DNA of 64,000 nucleotides, from assembly GCF_041886205.1 (NCBI RefSeq), contig NZ_CP169029.1, one strand, 5' to 3'. How positions within the stretch are numbered: position 1 is the stretch's first letter; every line of letters starts with the position of its first letter. The translations under genes and the position numbers were made by a program. The stretch is from Escherichia coli (lineage in GTDB: Bacteria > Pseudomonadota > Gammaproteobacteria > Enterobacterales > Enterobacteriaceae). This document shows positions 1-12,164 of the stretch, piece after piece. A model generated the notes under the pieces. The model searched no databases, had not been told where the DNA came from, and saw only the letters and a list, made by a program, of their open reading frames with translations.

Positions 1-1582
1 CCCCAACCACCGCCACTTCGGCAACGCCCGGATGACTGGAGATACTCTCTTCAATCTCGCGCGTCCCCAGCCGATGCCCGGCAACGTTAATTACATCGTC
101 AGTGCGCCCGAGAATAAAGTGATAACCGTCAGCGTCACGGATGCCCCAGTCAAAGGTGGCGTACACCGGGCGGGAAAACAGCGACCAATACGTCTTCACA
201 AAGCGGTCGTCGTCGCCCCAGATGGTCTGAATACAGCCCGGCGGCAATGGCCCTTCCACCACCAGCATCCCTTTCTCATTGACGCCGCACGGTTCGCCGG
301 TGACTTCATTAAGCAACTGCACGTTATAGCCATACATCGGCACGCCGGGGCTTCCCAGACGCGTCGGCCTGTCGTCCAGACCGCGAGCAATCGCCATAAT
401 CGGCCAGCCGGATTCGGTCTGCCAGTAGTTGTCGATGACCGGCACATCCAGCGTATTGCTCACCCAACTGGCGGTCGGCTCGTCCAGCGGTTCTCCAGCC
501 AGATAGAGCACTTCCAGCGACGAGAGATCGTGTTTACGAATTTCAGCGGTAGGGAATTTTTTCAGCACGCGAATGGCAGTCGGCGCTGAGAACATCCGGC
601 TCACCTGATATTTCTCGACGATTTTCCACCACACGCCGCAGTCCGGCCAGGTCGGTAATCCTTCGTAAACGATAGTCGCCATCCCCGCCAGCAGCGGCGC
701 GTAGACGATATACGAATGCCCCACCACCCAGCCGATATCCGAAGCACAAAAGAACACACCGCCCGCTTTGCCGCCAAAAATGGTGTCCATCGAGGTCGCC
801 AGCGCCACCGCATATCCGCCGACGTCACGCTGCACGCCTTTAGGTTTGCCGGTCGTGCCGGAGGTGTAGAGAATGCAGGAGGTTTCGTTGGATTCCAGCC
901 ACGCCACCGGTACCCGCGCGCCGATGTGTTGATGGCGCAACGACGCGAAATCGACATCCCGCCCGCTGACGCGTGCCATTTTCGCCAGCCCGCGATCCAC
1001 CAGCAAAACATGGCGTGGCTGGTGCTGCGCCTGACTTATCGCATCGTCGAGCAATTTTTTATAGGGAATGATTTTGCCACCGCGCGCTCCGGCATCAGCC
1101 GAGACAATCAGCACCGGGTTAGCATCATCAATTCGCGCCGCCACGCTGTGCGAGGCAAATCCACCAAACACCACCGAGTGAATAGCGCCAATGCGCGCGC
1201 AGGCCAGCAGAGTAATATGCGCTTCGGCAATCATCGGCATATACACCAGCACCCGATCGCCACGCTGCACGCCCAGCGAGCGCAGCATTGACGCCACCGC
1301 ATTCACTTCGTCATGCAGCTGACGAAAGGTAAAGGTGCGCTCTTCTTCTGTTTCCGAAGAGACGGCAATCAGCGCCAGCGCCTCTGGCTGTTTCTCCAGC
1401 CAGCGGTCGATAGCGTTGTGACACAAGTTGGTTCGGCCTTCACAAAACCAACGGGCAAATGGCGGATTACTGTGGTCGAGCGTTTGCGTAAAGGGCGTCT
1501 GCCAGTCAATACGCCGGGCCTGCTCGGCCCAGAACTGCTCCGGTTCGTTAATCGAACGCTGATAAAATTCGCTAAAAGACAT
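1..1582 (-). CDS. prpE: propionate--CoA ligase PrpE, partial (about 527 N-terminal codons; 3' end lies beyond window start)
   Basis: Minus-strand frame open from ATG (complement of 1580-1582) to the window edge, translating MSFSEFYQRSINEPEQFWAEQARRIDWQ...; acyl-CoA synthetase-like; absent from ORF track because there is no stop in the window; follows prpD. Confidence 0.9.
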   Translation of the reverse strand, partial: MSFSEFYQRSINEPEQFWAEQARRIDWQTPFTQTLDHSNPPFARWFCEGRTNLCHNAIDRWLEKQPEALALIAVSSETEEERTFTFRQLHDEVNAVASMLRSLGVQRGDRVLVYMPMIAEAHITLLACARIGAIHSVVFGGFASHSVAARIDDANPVLIVSADAGARGGKIIPYKKLLDDAISQAQHQPRHVLLVDRGLAKMARVSGRDVDFASLRHQHIGARVPVAWLESNETSCILYTSGTTGKPKGVQRDVGGYAVALATSMDTIFGGKAGGVFFCASDIGWVVGHSYIVYAPLLAGMATIVYEGLPTWPDCGVWWKIVEKYQVSRMFSAPTAIRVLKKFPTAEIRKHDLSSLEVLYLAGEPLDEPTASWVSNTLDVPVIDNYWQTESGWPIMAIARGLDDRPTRLGSPGVPMYGYNVQLLNEVTGEPCGVNEKGMLVVEGPLPPGCIQTIWGDDDRFVKTYWSLFSRPVYATFDWGIRDADGYHFILGRTDDVINVAGHRLGTREIEESISSHPGVAEVAVVG

Positions 1583-1621
1583 AATGCTCTCCTGTTGAAC
1601 TTACGCCTTACCGCTGTTTGC

Positions 1622-3073
1622 TTAAATGACGTACAGGTCGAGATACTCATTGACCGGCATCTGTTCCAGGCGAGTTCTGTCGAGAGAAACCTCCAGAATG
1701 CGCTGCTGTTGGCGAGTCGGGAACTGGCGCGCGAGATTGATTTTGAATTTATCGATCAGTTTCGGAATACCATCCTGACGGCGGCGAGCATGACCAATTG
1801 GGTACTCCACCACCACTTCTTCAAATCGTGTGCCGTCGGTGAACTCAAGGGTAATGGCATTGGCGATGGCGCGTTTTTCCGGGTCGTGGTAGTCAGCGGT
1901 AAATGCCGGATCTTCAAAGCAATTGATCTTCTCGCGCAGGGCGTCAATGCGTTTATCTTGCGCAACGTTGTCCTCGTAATCTGCCGCCGTTAAGCGCCCG
2001 AATAACAGCGGGATCGCCACCATGTACTGAATGCAGTGGTCGCGGTCTGCCGGGTTATTGAGCGGCCCTTTTTTGTCGATGATGCGAATACAGGCTTCGT
2101 GGGTGCGAATGGTCACTTTTTCGATATCTGCCGCCGTTTTGCCTGCGGCCTGCATCTGTTCATAGAGCGTCATCGCCGCTTCAACTGCCGTCTGGGAGTG
2201 GAACTCCGCCGGGAAGGAGATTTTGAACAGCACATTCTCCATGACGTAAGAACCGTACGGGCGCTGGAAGCGGAACGATTCACCTTTGAAGGAGACGTCG
2301 TAGAAGCCCCACACCGGCGCAGTCAGGGCTGACGGGTAACCCATTTCACCCGTTTTCGCCATCAGTGCCAGACGTACCGCGCGGGAAGTGGCATCGCCCG
2401 CCGCCCAGGATTTACGCGTGCCGGTGTTCGGCGCATGGCGATAGGTACGCAGCGACTGACCGTCCACCCACGCCAGCGAAACAGCGTTGAGAATTTCCTC
2501 GCGGGTCAGGCCGAGCATTTCGGCGACCACGGCGGTGGAAGCCACTTTCACTAACAGAACGTGGTCGAGGCCGACGCGGTTAAAGGAGTTTTCCAGCGCG
2601 ATGCAGCCCTGAATTTCATGGGCTTTGATCATTGCGGTCAGCACCTGTTTCATGGTCAACGGCGCTTTGCCGCTGGCGACCGCATTGCGCGAAAGCCAGT
2701 CCGCCGTTGCCAGAATGCCGCCGAGGTTGTCGGAAGGATGGCCCCACTCCGCCGCCAGCCAGGTATCGTTGAAATCGAGCCAGCGGATCATCGCGCCAAT
2801 GTTAAATGCCGCCTGGACGGGGTCGAGCTGGAACTGAGTTCCGGGGACGCGCACGCCGTTAGGTACGACGGTGCCAGGAACAATTGGCCCCAGCAGTTTT
2901 TTACAGGCCGGGTATTCAAGAGCTTCAAGACCGCAGCCGAGAGTGTCGAGCAGGCAGTAATGTGCGGTGTCGTAGGCTACTTTGGAGCTAATTTCGTAGT
3001 TCATCACGTAATCGACGATATCAACGATTTCACGATCAAATTCCGGGCGGATGTTGTTGATTTGAGCTGACAT
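1622..3073 (-). CDS. prpD: 2-methylcitrate dehydratase
   Basis: 483-aa ORF ([22 protein letters not shown]...), MmgE/PrpD family; prpBCDE gene order. Confidence 0.95.
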   Translation of the reverse strand: MSAQINNIRPEFDREIVDIVDYVMNYEISSKVAYDTAHYCLLDTLGCGLEALEYPACKKLLGPIVPGTVVPNGVRVPGTQFQLDPVQAAFNIGAMIRWLDFNDTWLAAEWGHPSDNLGGILATADWLSRNAVASGKAPLTMKQVLTAMIKAHEIQGCIALENSFNRVGLDHVLLVKVASTAVVAEMLGLTREEILNAVSLAWVDGQSLRTYRHAPNTGTRKSWAAGDATSRAVRLALMAKTGEMGYPSALTAPVWGFYDVSFKGESFRFQRPYGSYVMENVLFKISFPAEFHSQTAVEAAMTLYEQMQAAGKTAADIEKVTIRTHEACIRIIDKKGPLNNPADRDHCIQYMVAIPLLFGRLTAADYEDNVAQDKRIDALREKINCFEDPAFTADYHDPEKRAIANAITLEFTDGTRFEEVVVEYPIGHARRRQDGIPKLIDKFKINLARQFPTRQQQRILEVSLDRTRLEQMPVNEYLDLYVI

Positions 3074-3106
3074 TGGGTACGTTTCCTTATTGTTATTCGT
3101 AGAGGT

Positions 3107-4276
3107 TTACTGGCGCTTATCCAGCGCGACAAACGGGCGGTCTTCCGGTCCAACATAATTGGCGGAAGGACGGATAATTTTGTTGTCCTGACGTTGTTCG
3201 ATAATGTGCGCCGCCCAGCCGGTGACGCGGGCGATAACAAACAGTGGTGTGAACATCTCGGTGGGAACGCCCATCATGTTGTAGGAAACGGCGGAGAACC
3301 AGTCGAGATTGGGGAACATTTTTTTGCTCTCCCACATCACTGTTTCCAGGCGATCGGCGATGTTGTACATCTTCAGCGAGCCGCCGTCCTGCGAGAGCTG
3401 CTTCGCCACGCGTTTGATCACCTGATGACGCGGGTCGGCGATGGTGTAAACCGGATGACCAAAACCAATGACCACTTCTTTGTTTTCCACGCGCTTGCGG
3501 ATATCGGCTTCGGCTTCGTCCGGCGTTTCGTAGCGTTGCTGGATCTCCAGCGACACTTCATTCGCCCCGCCGTGTTTCGGCCCGCGCAGTGCGCCAATCG
3601 CGCCAATAATCGCGGAATACATATCAGAGCCAGTGCCCGCAATCACCCGGCTGGTAAAGGTGGAAGCGTTAAACTCGTGTTCGGCGTACAGCACCAGCGA
3701 AATATGCATCGCCTTTTCCCAGCTTTGCGATGGCTTTTCGCCATGCAGCAGATGCAGGAAGTGACCTCCGATGGAGTCGTCATCGGTTTCCGGCTGGATG
3801 CGTTCGCCGTTGTGGCTGTAGTGATACCAGTAGAGAAGAATCGAGCTAAGTGACGCCAGCAGTTTGTCGGCAATATCCCGCGCGCCAGAGACAGTATGCC
3901 CCTCTTTTTCCGGCAGCGTGCAGCCGAGCGCGGAAACGCCGGTGCGCATAACATCCATCGGGTGCGACGCCGCGGGTAAGGCTTCCAGCACGGTACGCAC
4001 GTTAGCCGGTAAACCGCGCAGGGCTTTCAGTTTTGTTTTGTAAGCGGCGAGTTCGTCACGGGTCGGCAGTTTGCCGTGGATCAGCAGATGCGCCACTTCT
4101 TCAAATTCGCAATGTTCCGCGAGGTCAAGAATATCGTAGCCGCGGTAATGCAGGTCATTGCCGCTTTTACCCACGGTGCAGAGCGCCGTATTGCCCGCCG
4201 GAACGCCGGAAAGTGCTACCGATTTTTTCGGTTTAATGACATGGGTACTGTTTTGCAGGATCGTTGTGTCGCTCAT
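3107..4276 (-). CDS. prpC: 2-methylcitrate synthase
   Basis: Track frame 3107..4402; start placed at internal ATG ([18 protein letters not shown]...) giving a 389-aa citrate-synthase-family protein. Confidence 0.93.
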   Translation of the reverse strand: MSDTTILQNSTHVIKPKKSVALSGVPAGNTALCTVGKSGNDLHYRGYDILDLAEHCEFEEVAHLLIHGKLPTRDELAAYKTKLKALRGLPANVRTVLEALPAASHPMDVMRTGVSALGCTLPEKEGHTVSGARDIADKLLASLSSILLYWYHYSHNGERIQPETDDDSIGGHFLHLLHGEKPSQSWEKAMHISLVLYAEHEFNASTFTSRVIAGTGSDMYSAIIGAIGALRGPKHGGANEVSLEIQQRYETPDEAEADIRKRVENKEVVIGFGHPVYTIADPRHQVIKRVAKQLSQDGGSLKMYNIADRLETVMWESKKMFPNLDWFSAVSYNMMGVPTEMFTPLFVIARVTGWAAHIIEQRQDNKIIRPSANYVGPEDRPFVALDKRQ

Positions 4277-4320
4277 GTTGTCCTCGTCATTGTTATCATT
4301 TGTAGGGTCGAGATTGTTGT

Positions 4321-4403
4321 CGGATGCGACGCTATGCGTCTTATCCGACAGTTCAGTGCATCCCGTAGGCCTGATAAGTCGCGTCAGCGGCGCATCAGGC
4401 ATC
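4321..4403. repeat. REP-like palindromic elements in prpB-prpC intergenic region
   Basis: cggatgcgacgctatgcgtcttatccgac and gtaggcctgataagtcgcgtcagcggcgcatcaggcatc resemble REP consensus. Confidence 0.5.
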
Positions 4404-4432
4404 GGTTGTCAAATACAACCAACGGGCGTTTT

Positions 4433-5323
4433 TTATTTCGCCTGGTTACGGGCAAACAGGTCGTCGAGCTTCTCTTCGTACTGGTAATAGTTGATGCTTT
4501 CGTACAGCTCGTTGCGGGTTTGCATGGTGTCGATGACGCTTTTCTGCGTGCCTTCCTGACGCAGGACGTTGTAGACATGTTCAGCGGCGCGGTTCATGGC
4601 GCGGAACGCTGAAAGCGGGTACAGCGCCATTGCGACATGGGCGCTGCGTAATTCGTCGGTGGTAAACAGCGGTGTTGCGCCAAATTCGGTAATGTTGGCG
4701 AGGATTGGCACCTGCACCGCATCGGCAAACTGGCGGTACATGGCGAGTTCGGTAATCGCCTCCGGGAACAACATCTCGGCACCCGCTTCAACATAGGCCT
4801 GCGCACGCTCGATCGCCGCATCCAGCCCCTCTACCGCCAGCGCATCGGTGCGCGCCATGATCACAAAATCAGGATCGGTTTTCGCATCCACCGCCGCGCG
4901 GATCCGATCCACCATCTCTTCTTTCGAGACGATCGCTTTATTCGGACGATGACCGCAGCGTTTCGCACCAACCTGATCTTCAATATGCAATCCTGCCGCA
5001 CCGGCTTTAATCATCGATTTCACCGTACGCGCCACGTTAAAGGCCGAAGAACCAAAACCGATATCCGCATCCACCAGCAGCGGCAGCGAACAAACGTCGG
5101 TGATACGGCGAATATCGGTCAGCACGTCATCAAGGGTAGAAATACCGAGATCCGGCAGCCCCAGCGAACCTGCCGCCACGCCACCGCCGGAAAGATAAAT
5201 TGCCTGATATCCGGCACGCTGCGCCAACAGCGCATGATTAGCGTTGATGGTGCCAACAATCTGCAATGGATTTTCTTTAGACAGTGCAGCGCGAAACGCT
5301 TTACCTGGAGAGTGTAGAGACAT
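4433..5323 (-). CDS. prpB: 2-methylisocitrate lyase
   Basis: 296-aa ORF ([24 protein letters not shown]...), isocitrate lyase/PEP mutase family. Confidence 0.95.
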   Translation of the reverse strand: MSLHSPGKAFRAALSKENPLQIVGTINANHALLAQRAGYQAIYLSGGGVAAGSLGLPDLGISTLDDVLTDIRRITDVCSLPLLVDADIGFGSSAFNVARTVKSMIKAGAAGLHIEDQVGAKRCGHRPNKAIVSKEEMVDRIRAAVDAKTDPDFVIMARTDALAVEGLDAAIERAQAYVEAGAEMLFPEAITELAMYRQFADAVQVPILANITEFGATPLFTTDELRSAHVAMALYPLSAFRAMNRAAEHVYNVLRQEGTQKSVIDTMQTRNELYESINYYQYEEKLDDLFARNQAK

Positions 5324-5370
5324 AGCCCATCCTTTGTTATCAACTTGTTATTTTCGTTGATAAAGACAAA

Positions 5371-5386
5371 GCAAGGGGTGTGCCAC
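5371..5386 (-). promoter_or_regulatory. sigma-54 (-24/-12) promoter candidate for prpBCDE
   Basis: Minus-strand reading GTGGCACACCCCTTGC = TGGCAC-N5-TTGC, about 50 nt upstream of prpB start, divergent from the sigma-54 activator gene prpR. Confidence 0.65.
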
Positions 5387-5561
5387 AATTGCCTTATTAG
5401 AATTAAATGTTTAATTTCAATTTGTTATAAATAAAGTCATGAAGTAATCTGCAAATATGCGTTTCAGTTAACGTTTCAGGCAATGTTTCACCGCGTTTCA
5501 TTGCAACAATTATGAAACAAGACTAAACCCAATATTCGGTTTCTTAACTTTGCGGTGCGCT

Positions 5562-7148
5562 ATGGCACATCCACCACGGCTTAATGACGACAAACCGGTT
5601 ATCTGGACGGTATCTGTAACGCGCCTGTTCGAGCTGTTTCGCGATATCAGCCTCGAGTTTGATCACCTGGCGAACATTACCCCTATCCAGCTTGGCTTTG
5701 AAAAAGCAGTGACCTATATCCGCAAGAAACTGGCAAACGAACGGTGCGACGCCATCATCGCCGCTGGATCTAACGGCGCGTACCTGAAAAGCCGCCTGTC
5801 AGTGCCAGTTATTTTGATTAAACCGAGCGGCTACGATGTGTTACAGGCACTGGCAAAAGCCGGAAAACTCACCTCTTCTATCGGCGTTGTCACCTATCAG
5901 GAAACCATTCCAGCGCTGGTGGCGTTTCAAAAAACCTTTAATCTGCGCCTCGATCAACGTAGCTACATTACCGAAGAAGACGCGCGCGGGCAGATTAACG
6001 AGCTGAAAGCTAACGGCACTGAAGCGGTGGTCGGCGCGGGGCTGATTACCGATCTGGCAGAAGAAGCCGGAATGACCGGAATTTTTATCTATTCCGCCGC
6101 CACCGTGCGCCAGGCGTTCAGCGATGCGCTGGATATGACGCGCATGTCGTTACGCCATAACACTCACGATGCCACCCGCAACGCCCTGAGAACTCGTTAC
6201 GTGCTGGGCGATATGCTCGGTCAATCACCACAGATGGAACAAGTACGGCAGACTATTTTGCTGTATGCCCGCTCCAGTGCAGCGGTGTTGATTGAGGGGG
6301 AAACGGGGACGGGCAAAGAGCTGGCGGCCCAGGCGATTCATCGGGAATATTTTGCCCGCCACGATGCGCGACAGGGCAAAAAGTCGCATCCGTTTGTTGC
6401 CGTCAACTGCGGGGCGATAGCCGAATCGCTGCTGGAAGCGGAGCTGTTTGGCTATGAGGAAGGGGCGTTTACCGGCTCGCGACGCGGAGGTCGCGCCGGG
6501 CTGTTCGAAATTGCCCACGGCGGTACGCTGTTTCTGGATGAGATTGGCGAAATGCCGCTACCTTTGCAGACTCGCCTGTTACGGGTGCTGGAAGAAAAAG
6601 AGGTCACCCGCGTCGGCGGGCATCAGCCTGTTCCGGTAGATGTACGGGTCATTAGCGCCACTCACTGCAATCTGGAAGAAGATATGCAGCAAGGACGTTT
6701 TCGCCGTGATCTGTTTTATCGGCTGAGTATTTTGCGTCTGCAATTGCCACCACTGCGCGAGCGGGTGGCGGATATTCTTCCGCTGGCGGAAAGCTTTTTG
6801 AAAGTGTCTCTGGCGGCGCTCTCCGCCCCGTTTTCTGCCGCATTACGCCAGGGATTACAGGCAAGCGAAACCGTGCTGGTGCACTACGACTGGCCAGGTA
6901 ATATTCGTGAACTGCGCAATATGATGGAGCGACTGGCGCTATTTTTAAGTGTGGAACCGACGCCGGATTTAACGCCGCAATTTTTGCAGCTGCTACTGCC
7001 GGAACTGGCGCGCGAGTCGGCGAAAACTCCCGCTCCACGCTTACTGACACCACAACAGGCACTGGAGAAATTTAATGGCGATAAAACAGCAGCGGCGAAT
7101 TATTTAGGCATCAGCCGGACGACGTTCTGGCGGCGGCTGAAAAGCTGA
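5562..7148 (+). CDS. prpR: sigma-54-dependent propionate catabolism activator
   Basis: Track ORF 5550..7148; start placed at ATG 5562 ([15 protein letters not shown]...); AAA+ sigma-54 interaction domain ([13 protein letters not shown]) and C-terminal HTH. Confidence 0.93.
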   Translation: MAHPPRLNDDKPVIWTVSVTRLFELFRDISLEFDHLANITPIQLGFEKAVTYIRKKLANERCDAIIAAGSNGAYLKSRLSVPVILIKPSGYDVLQALAKAGKLTSSIGVVTYQETIPALVAFQKTFNLRLDQRSYITEEDARGQINELKANGTEAVVGAGLITDLAEEAGMTGIFIYSAATVRQAFSDALDMTRMSLRHNTHDATRNALRTRYVLGDMLGQSPQMEQVRQTILLYARSSAAVLIEGETGTGKELAAQAIHREYFARHDARQGKKSHPFVAVNCGAIAESLLEAELFGYEEGAFTGSRRGGRAGLFEIAHGGTLFLDEIGEMPLPLQTRLLRVLEEKEVTRVGGHQPVPVDVRVISATHCNLEEDMQQGRFRRDLFYRLSILRLQLPPLRERVADILPLAESFLKVSLAALSAPFSAALRQGLQASETVLVHYDWPGNIRELRNMMERLALFLSVEPTPDLTPQFLQLLLPELARESAKTPAPRLLTPQQALEKFNGDKTAAANYLGISRTTFWRRLKS

Positions 7149-7245
7149 ACTGCCGAATGCAGCGCGAACGCTTTATCCGGCATAAATTTCAATAGATGAT
7201 CGCCGATAAACTTACGCATCGGGCATGTTTATATAGGGTTCAGAA

Positions 7246-7521
7246 TTACTTCTTCTTATAAATATCCGCCGTGCCGTGGATCTTATTGTCAGTCTGACCG
7301 GAGGTCAGCACCAACACATCAGCCCCTTTTTCATCGGCTTTTTTGATCAGATCTTCTTTCGCATCTGCGGTCGACATTTCATTACTGGTTGAAATATCAC
7401 CTATTTTTTCATATTGCGATGCAACTTTTTCAAATTCCGCTTTGGTCATTAATTCTGCGGCATAGATATTGGTAACGGCAAACGCTAACGCACCGACTAA
7501 CATTTTAGAGATTATTTTCAT
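7246..7521 (-). CDS. yahO: small periplasmic protein YahO (DUF1471-like)
   Basis: 91-aa ORF with signal peptide [23 protein letters not shown]... Confidence 0.85.
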   Translation of the reverse strand: MKIISKMLVGALAFAVTNIYAAELMTKAEFEKVASQYEKIGDISTSNEMSTADAKEDLIKKADEKGADVLVLTSGQTDNKIHGTADIYKKK

Positions 7522-7667
7522 ATTACGGCTCCAGAGTTGTTATCACACTATCACCCACCCACATTATTGGGTTGATTAATAATTAGTTCAGTCAGGGCAT
7601 AAACGCCAGTAACCGGAAATAAGACACTTTGTGATCTCTCTCGCACCCGATTATTTTTGGTAGAAAT

Positions 7668-8339
7668 ATGATGCAGTTAGTTCACTTATTTATGGATGAA
7701 ATCACTATGGATCCTTTGCACGCCGTTTACCTGACCGTAGGACTGTTCGTGATTACTTTTTTTAATCCGGGAGCCAATCTCTTTGTGGTAGTACAAACCA
7801 GCCTGGCTTCCGGTCGACGCGCAGGGGTGCTGACCGGGCTGGGCGTGGCGCTGGGCGATGCATTTTATTCCGGGTTGGGTTTGTTTGGTCTTGCAACACT
7901 AATTACGCAGTGTGAGGAGATTTTTTCGCTTATCAGAATCGTCGGCGGCGCTTATCTCTTATGGTTTGCGTGGTGCAGCATGCGCCGCCAGTCAACACCG
8001 CAAATGAGCACACTACAACAACCGATTAACGCACCCTGGTATGTCTTTTTTCGCCGCGGATTAATTACCGATCTCTCTAACCCGCAAACCGTTTTATTTT
8101 TTATCAGTATTTTCTCAGTAACATTAAATGCCGAAACACCAACATGGGCTCGTTTAATGGCCTGGGCGGGGATTGTGCTCGCATCAATTATCTGGCGAGT
8201 CTTTCTTAGTCAGGCGTTTTCTTTGCCCGCTGTGCGTCGTGCTTATGGGCGTATGCAACGCGTTGCCAGTCGGGTTATTGGTGCAATTATTGGTGTATTC
8301 GCGCTACGCCTGATTTACGAAGGGGTGACCCAGCGGTGA
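7668..8339 (+). CDS. yahN: LysE/RhtB-family amino-acid exporter
   Basis: 223-aa hydrophobic ORF; synteny. Confidence 0.85.
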   Translation: MMQLVHLFMDEITMDPLHAVYLTVGLFVITFFNPGANLFVVVQTSLASGRRAGVLTGLGVALGDAFYSGLGLFGLATLITQCEEIFSLIRIVGGAYLLWFAWCSMRRQSTPQMSTLQQPINAPWYVFFRRGLITDLSNPQTVLFFISIFSVTLNAETPTWARLMAWAGIVLASIIWRVFLSQAFSLPAVRRAYGRMQRVASRVIGAIIGVFALRLIYEGVTQR

Positions 8340-8355
8340 GCAGATAATTTACTCT

Positions 8356-8601
8356 CTACGTAATCAACCTGATTTGCCGAATCCCGACCATCGGCGATGA
8401 TAGCCCCCGTAATGCGTGGTCCTTATTTCCGATAAGTTTACTTGAGTCTTTAGCTTCCCATTTCAGCCCACTCTCCCCTGTGTGGGCTTTTTTCATTGGT
8501 CTGCCCCATCCTGAATAGCCAAACAATGGCAATGTTCCACTTTGCAGGGATGATAATAAGGGGATCTGATTCAGAAGAGTTTTGAAAAGTTGGACCGCCA
8601 T
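8356..8601 (-). CDS. yahM: small hypothetical protein YahM
   Basis: Track ORF 8356..8631 begins at a TTG; internal ATG at 8601 (MAVQLFKTLLNQ...) gives 81 aa; synteny only. Confidence 0.55.
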   Translation of the reverse strand: MAVQLFKTLLNQIPLLSSLQSGTLPLFGYSGWGRPMKKAHTGESGLKWEAKDSSKLIGNKDHALRGLSSPMVGIRQIRLIT

Positions 8602-9013
8602 CGAGGCCTCGAACCCCGTACCATACAACAATCCTGGTTGTCGTCTGCTCTTCCTGATGAGCTAATGGCGGTTTTTGATATGAGCCTTACAGCATATTTT
8701 CTGTCAGGCTTGAGTGCGATGCGTAAGATACAGAAAAGACCCCACACAAACATGATGGAATTATGATTTTTTTCATATGAATGTCAACCCACACATTCAC
8801 AAAACATCTGCATGAGATCATTTTTTATACACCGCATGGCTGCGAAACCACTACTGGTGCTTTTTTAAGCGAAGTGTCGCCGATCACAACAAAATATAGG
8901 CGAAAAAAGAGATGGAATGCCTGTTGGCATACAGATATACAGATGAAATGATTACCTGCATTGCGATTCACTCTCAGGTGGAATAACAATTTGCAGGTGG
9001 AACCCTTTCTGAA

Positions 9014-9829
9014 CTAAAGAGTGTAGCGGATTTTAACGTGCTTATTTACAGGATAATATCTGTCACCTAATTCCTGCACTCTATTAGATATCCATTCATT
9101 TAATCGCGCATCATCTCTGTATGTTTTTACGTCCAGAACAGAGAGCAATAACATCACCAGTGATTCAGGAAAAACAGGGTAGATATTTTTTAAGTGTAAT
9201 AATAATCCATGCGCAAGCGCCTGCTTAATGGGCGCGTCTGTCTCCGGAATAGACGACATTTCGCGAAGCCATTTTTCCACATGCATACACTCTTTCCCTT
9301 TAGGGAAAATTTTCAGCAAAGGCATATGGTGTTCAAGAAGAATACATTTGCAATCTGTTCGCACTGAATCGATAAACTGCACTAATTTCTTAAGCCCGGT
9401 AAAGCGTCCAGCCTGCACGTTTGCTTTAATATCAAGAAACGCATCATCCTGGTCATATACCCAAACTGTCCCTTTTTGATTTTCAAGTATGTGAAAAACA
9501 AACTTAACCGGGTGATCAGGGTAATCCATCCAGTCATAAAATCCAGGGAAATCATTAAACTGCACATTTATGGTGAGTGCGTTATCGTCTGACCACTCAC
9601 AGTCTCGTACGGCAGCCATGAGATGAATGAGTTTGTCGTCATCGACTAAATCATCACGACAATCATAAGGATAATCATAATATTGTTTAATCAAAACCTT
9701 GAATATATCGACACAGGAAACCAGGGAGCTTTTGATATCCTCTGGTAACTGATTGTTTTTAACCGTATTAAGTATGCTTTGTTGCGTATATGGCATCAAA
9801 TTATTGTGCGGAGCTTTTAATGATATCAT
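9014..9829 (-). CDS. yahL: hypothetical protein YahL
   Basis: 271-aa ORF; synteny; no recognisable motif. Confidence 0.8.
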   Translation of the reverse strand: MISLKAPHNNLMPYTQQSILNTVKNNQLPEDIKSSLVSCVDIFKVLIKQYYDYPYDCRDDLVDDDKLIHLMAAVRDCEWSDDNALTINVQFNDFPGFYDWMDYPDHPVKFVFHILENQKGTVWVYDQDDAFLDIKANVQAGRFTGLKKLVQFIDSVRTDCKCILLEHHMPLLKIFPKGKECMHVEKWLREMSSIPETDAPIKQALAHGLLLHLKNIYPVFPESLVMLLLSVLDVKTYRDDARLNEWISNRVQELGDRYYPVNKHVKIRYTL

Positions 9830-10071
9830 CGCGATCTCTCTTAAATAAAAATAAACGTCGCAGATAATAAAGCTCTGATTAAACCAGGCACTATCAGAAA
9901 TCGCTCATAACTAACGTGTGAAGTATTGTGTACTGGAGGGCGTTAATTTAACAATTTAAATTTACGTTATAGGTTTTACTGCTACTTTGATATTATTTCG
10001 CTCTCCTTAACTAAAAAGTTAAGTGGAGAGCGAAGTTAATATGTTAAACCACAGGGTATTTATTAATTTTT

Positions 10072-11121
10072 TCAGTCTGTTAGTGTGCGATTATCGATAA
10101 CAAAACGATATTTCACATCACCGCGCAGCATTCGCTCATAGGCTTCATTAATTTGATCGGCCCGAATCATCTCTATATCAGCCACGATGCCATGTTCGGC
10201 GCAAAAATCGAGCATCTCCTGAGTTTCTGGAATGCCGCCAATCATAGAACCGGCTATCGCACGGCGTTTCATGATCAGGTTGAAAACTTCCGGCGATTTA
10301 TGCGGTGTCGCAGGCGCACCAACCAGCGTCATGGTGCCATCACGCTTCAGCAAGGTGGTAAAATCGTCGAGATTATGTGGCGCAGCTACTGTATTCAAAA
10401 TGAAATCGAAACTCTTCAGATGAGCCGCCATCTCATCGGCATTGCGTGAGTTAACAACTTCATCGGCCCCCAGGGCTTTTGCCGCTTCGCGTTTTGCCTC
10501 AGAAGTGGTAAATGCCACCACATGTGCCCCCATCGCGTGGGCCAGCTTAATCCCCATATGTCCCAGACCGCCGATGCCGACCACGCCCACTTTTTTACCC
10601 GGCCCGGCCTGCCAGTGACGTAGCGGCGAATACGTGGTGATCCCTGCACACAACAAAGGAGCCACCGCCGCCAGCTGCTCTTGCGGGTGACGAATACGCA
10701 GAACATATCGCTCATGAACGACGATCTGTTGTGAGTAGCCGCCCAGAGTATGGCCCGGTTCGTCCGGCGTCGGCGAGTTATAGGTGCCGGTCATGTGATC
10801 ACAGTAGTTTTCCAACCCGTCTTCACACTCTTCGCAATGTTTACAACTGTCGACAATGCAGCCGACACCGACCAGATCGCCCGGCGCATATTTTTCTACC
10901 TGATCACCAACGGCTACCACACGCCCCACAATTTCATGACCCGGCACGCAGGGGTAAACCGTCCCCGCCCACTCGGAACGGACCTGGTGGAGATCGGAAT
11001 GGCAAACGCCACAGTAAGCGATTTCGATTTTGACATCATTCGGTCCCGGTTCACGCCGGGTGATATCCATCGGTTCAAGTGGTTGTTTAGCGGAATATGC
11101 ACCAACAGCTTTGATCTTCAT
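10072..11121 (-). CDS. yahK: NADPH-dependent aldehyde reductase (Zn-dependent alcohol dehydrogenase family)
   Basis: 349-aa ORF with GHEIVG zinc-ADH motif and GVGGLGH Rossmann motif. Confidence 0.93.
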   Translation of the reverse strand: MKIKAVGAYSAKQPLEPMDITRREPGPNDVKIEIAYCGVCHSDLHQVRSEWAGTVYPCVPGHEIVGRVVAVGDQVEKYAPGDLVGVGCIVDSCKHCEECEDGLENYCDHMTGTYNSPTPDEPGHTLGGYSQQIVVHERYVLRIRHPQEQLAAVAPLLCAGITTYSPLRHWQAGPGKKVGVVGIGGLGHMGIKLAHAMGAHVVAFTTSEAKREAAKALGADEVVNSRNADEMAAHLKSFDFILNTVAAPHNLDDFTTLLKRDGTMTLVGAPATPHKSPEVFNLIMKRRAIAGSMIGGIPETQEMLDFCAEHGIVADIEMIRADQINEAYERMLRGDVKYRFVIDNRTLTD

Positions 11122-11207
11122 TGTGTTTACTCCTGATTAGCTATGTGTATTTGGCAACGCCTGATATGTCATCGCGGCAAAACGCGTCCATTGAATATAG
11201 CCAATAT

Positions 11208-12164
11208 TTAAACCACCCGATCCAGCCCCAACATGCCGCGAGCCTGAATGAAACAGAGCAGCAACGTTCCCCATAAGGCCATCGTCAGGTAGGGGCTTAT
11301 ACCGAGAATATTGAAGCCGCTTTCAATAATTTGCAGAAGAAACAGCGCCAGCACCATACCAATTATCCGCCCGCTGCCGCCGTCCGGATTAACCCCGCCG
11401 AGTACTGCCGCGAGGATTGACACCAGCAAGTACGATTCGCCATAAGAGGCCTTAGCCGAGTTGAGTTTCGACATCATCAAAAATGCCGCTACCGCACAAA
11501 GCAAGGCGGAAATGACATAAACCCAAATCAGCACCCGACGAGTGTTAATGCCGGAGTAAAGTGTTGCTCGTTCGTTAGACCCAATCAGGTAAATGGCTTT
11601 ACCGAGCGGCGTTTTCTCCAGCAATATCCACAGCCCCAGTGCCACTGCGGCAAACAACCACATCGGTAGCGGAATACCGAACCATTGCGCATGATTCAAC
11701 CACAGCACCCATGAGGGATAATTGGCAATGGCGCTACCACCTGTCACCAGAATATTTATCCCTTTGAGCAACGTCATCATCCCAAGCGTTGCAAGAATTG
11801 GCGACACTCGAATACCAGCAATCAATACGCCGTTACATAAACCGATTATCACCGCCGCGCCAGCGCCCGCCAGTAACGTAGCGACAACCGTAGCAATACC
11901 CGGTGGATACTGAGTCGCCACCCACGCCATCACCAGTGAACAGGCGTTAGCAGTGGCTATAATTGACAAGTTAATGCCACCGCAAAGCATGGTCACCGCC
12001 ATAGCCAACGCCAGAATGCCCAGCACGGGCATTTGCGAAGCGACGGACTGGAAATTACTTATCGACCAGAAAATCTCCGGCATAGTAATGCTGAACGCGG
12101 CAACAGTTAGCACCAGCAGGCCGATCAAGTAAAACTCAACGTTATTACGCCACGATTTTTTCAT
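11208..12164 (-). CDS. sugar ABC transporter permease (second membrane subunit)
   Basis: Hydrophobic ORF; start placed at ATG 12164 forming an ATGA overlap with the upstream permease stop. Confidence 0.85.
   Translation of the reverse strand: MKKSWRNNVEFYLIGLLVLTVAAFSITMPEIFWSISNFQSVASQMPVLGILALAMAVTMLCGGINLSIIATANACSLVMAWVATQYPPGIATVVATLLAGAGAAVIIGLCNGVLIAGIRVSPILATLGMMTLLKGINILVTGGSAIANYPSWVLWLNHAQWFGIPLPMWLFAAVALGLWILLEKTPLGKAIYLIGSNERATLYSGINTRRVLIWVYVISALLCAVAAFLMMSKLNSAKASYGESYLLVSILAAVLGGVNPDGGSGRIIGMVLALFLLQIIESGFNILGISPYLTMALWGTLLLCFIQARGMLGLDRVV

Noticed and set aside
32-1993. Plus-strand ORFs 32..589, 716..1291 and 1313..1993, and minus-strand ORFs 196..447, 543..749, 601..1011 in the track
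   Set aside because: All lie within or antisense to the prpE coding region, which is read on the minus strand in a frame that is open to the window edge and gives a recognisable acyl-CoA synthetase; they are frame artefacts of a GC-rich gene.
9999-10032. Imperfect inverted repeat CGCTCTCCTTAACT-AAAA-AGTTAAGTGGAGAGCG downstream of yahK as a terminator
   Set aside because: Stem has a 2-nt bulge and neither strand has a following U-tract; could equally be a protein-binding site in the yahL promoter region, so not called as a feature.
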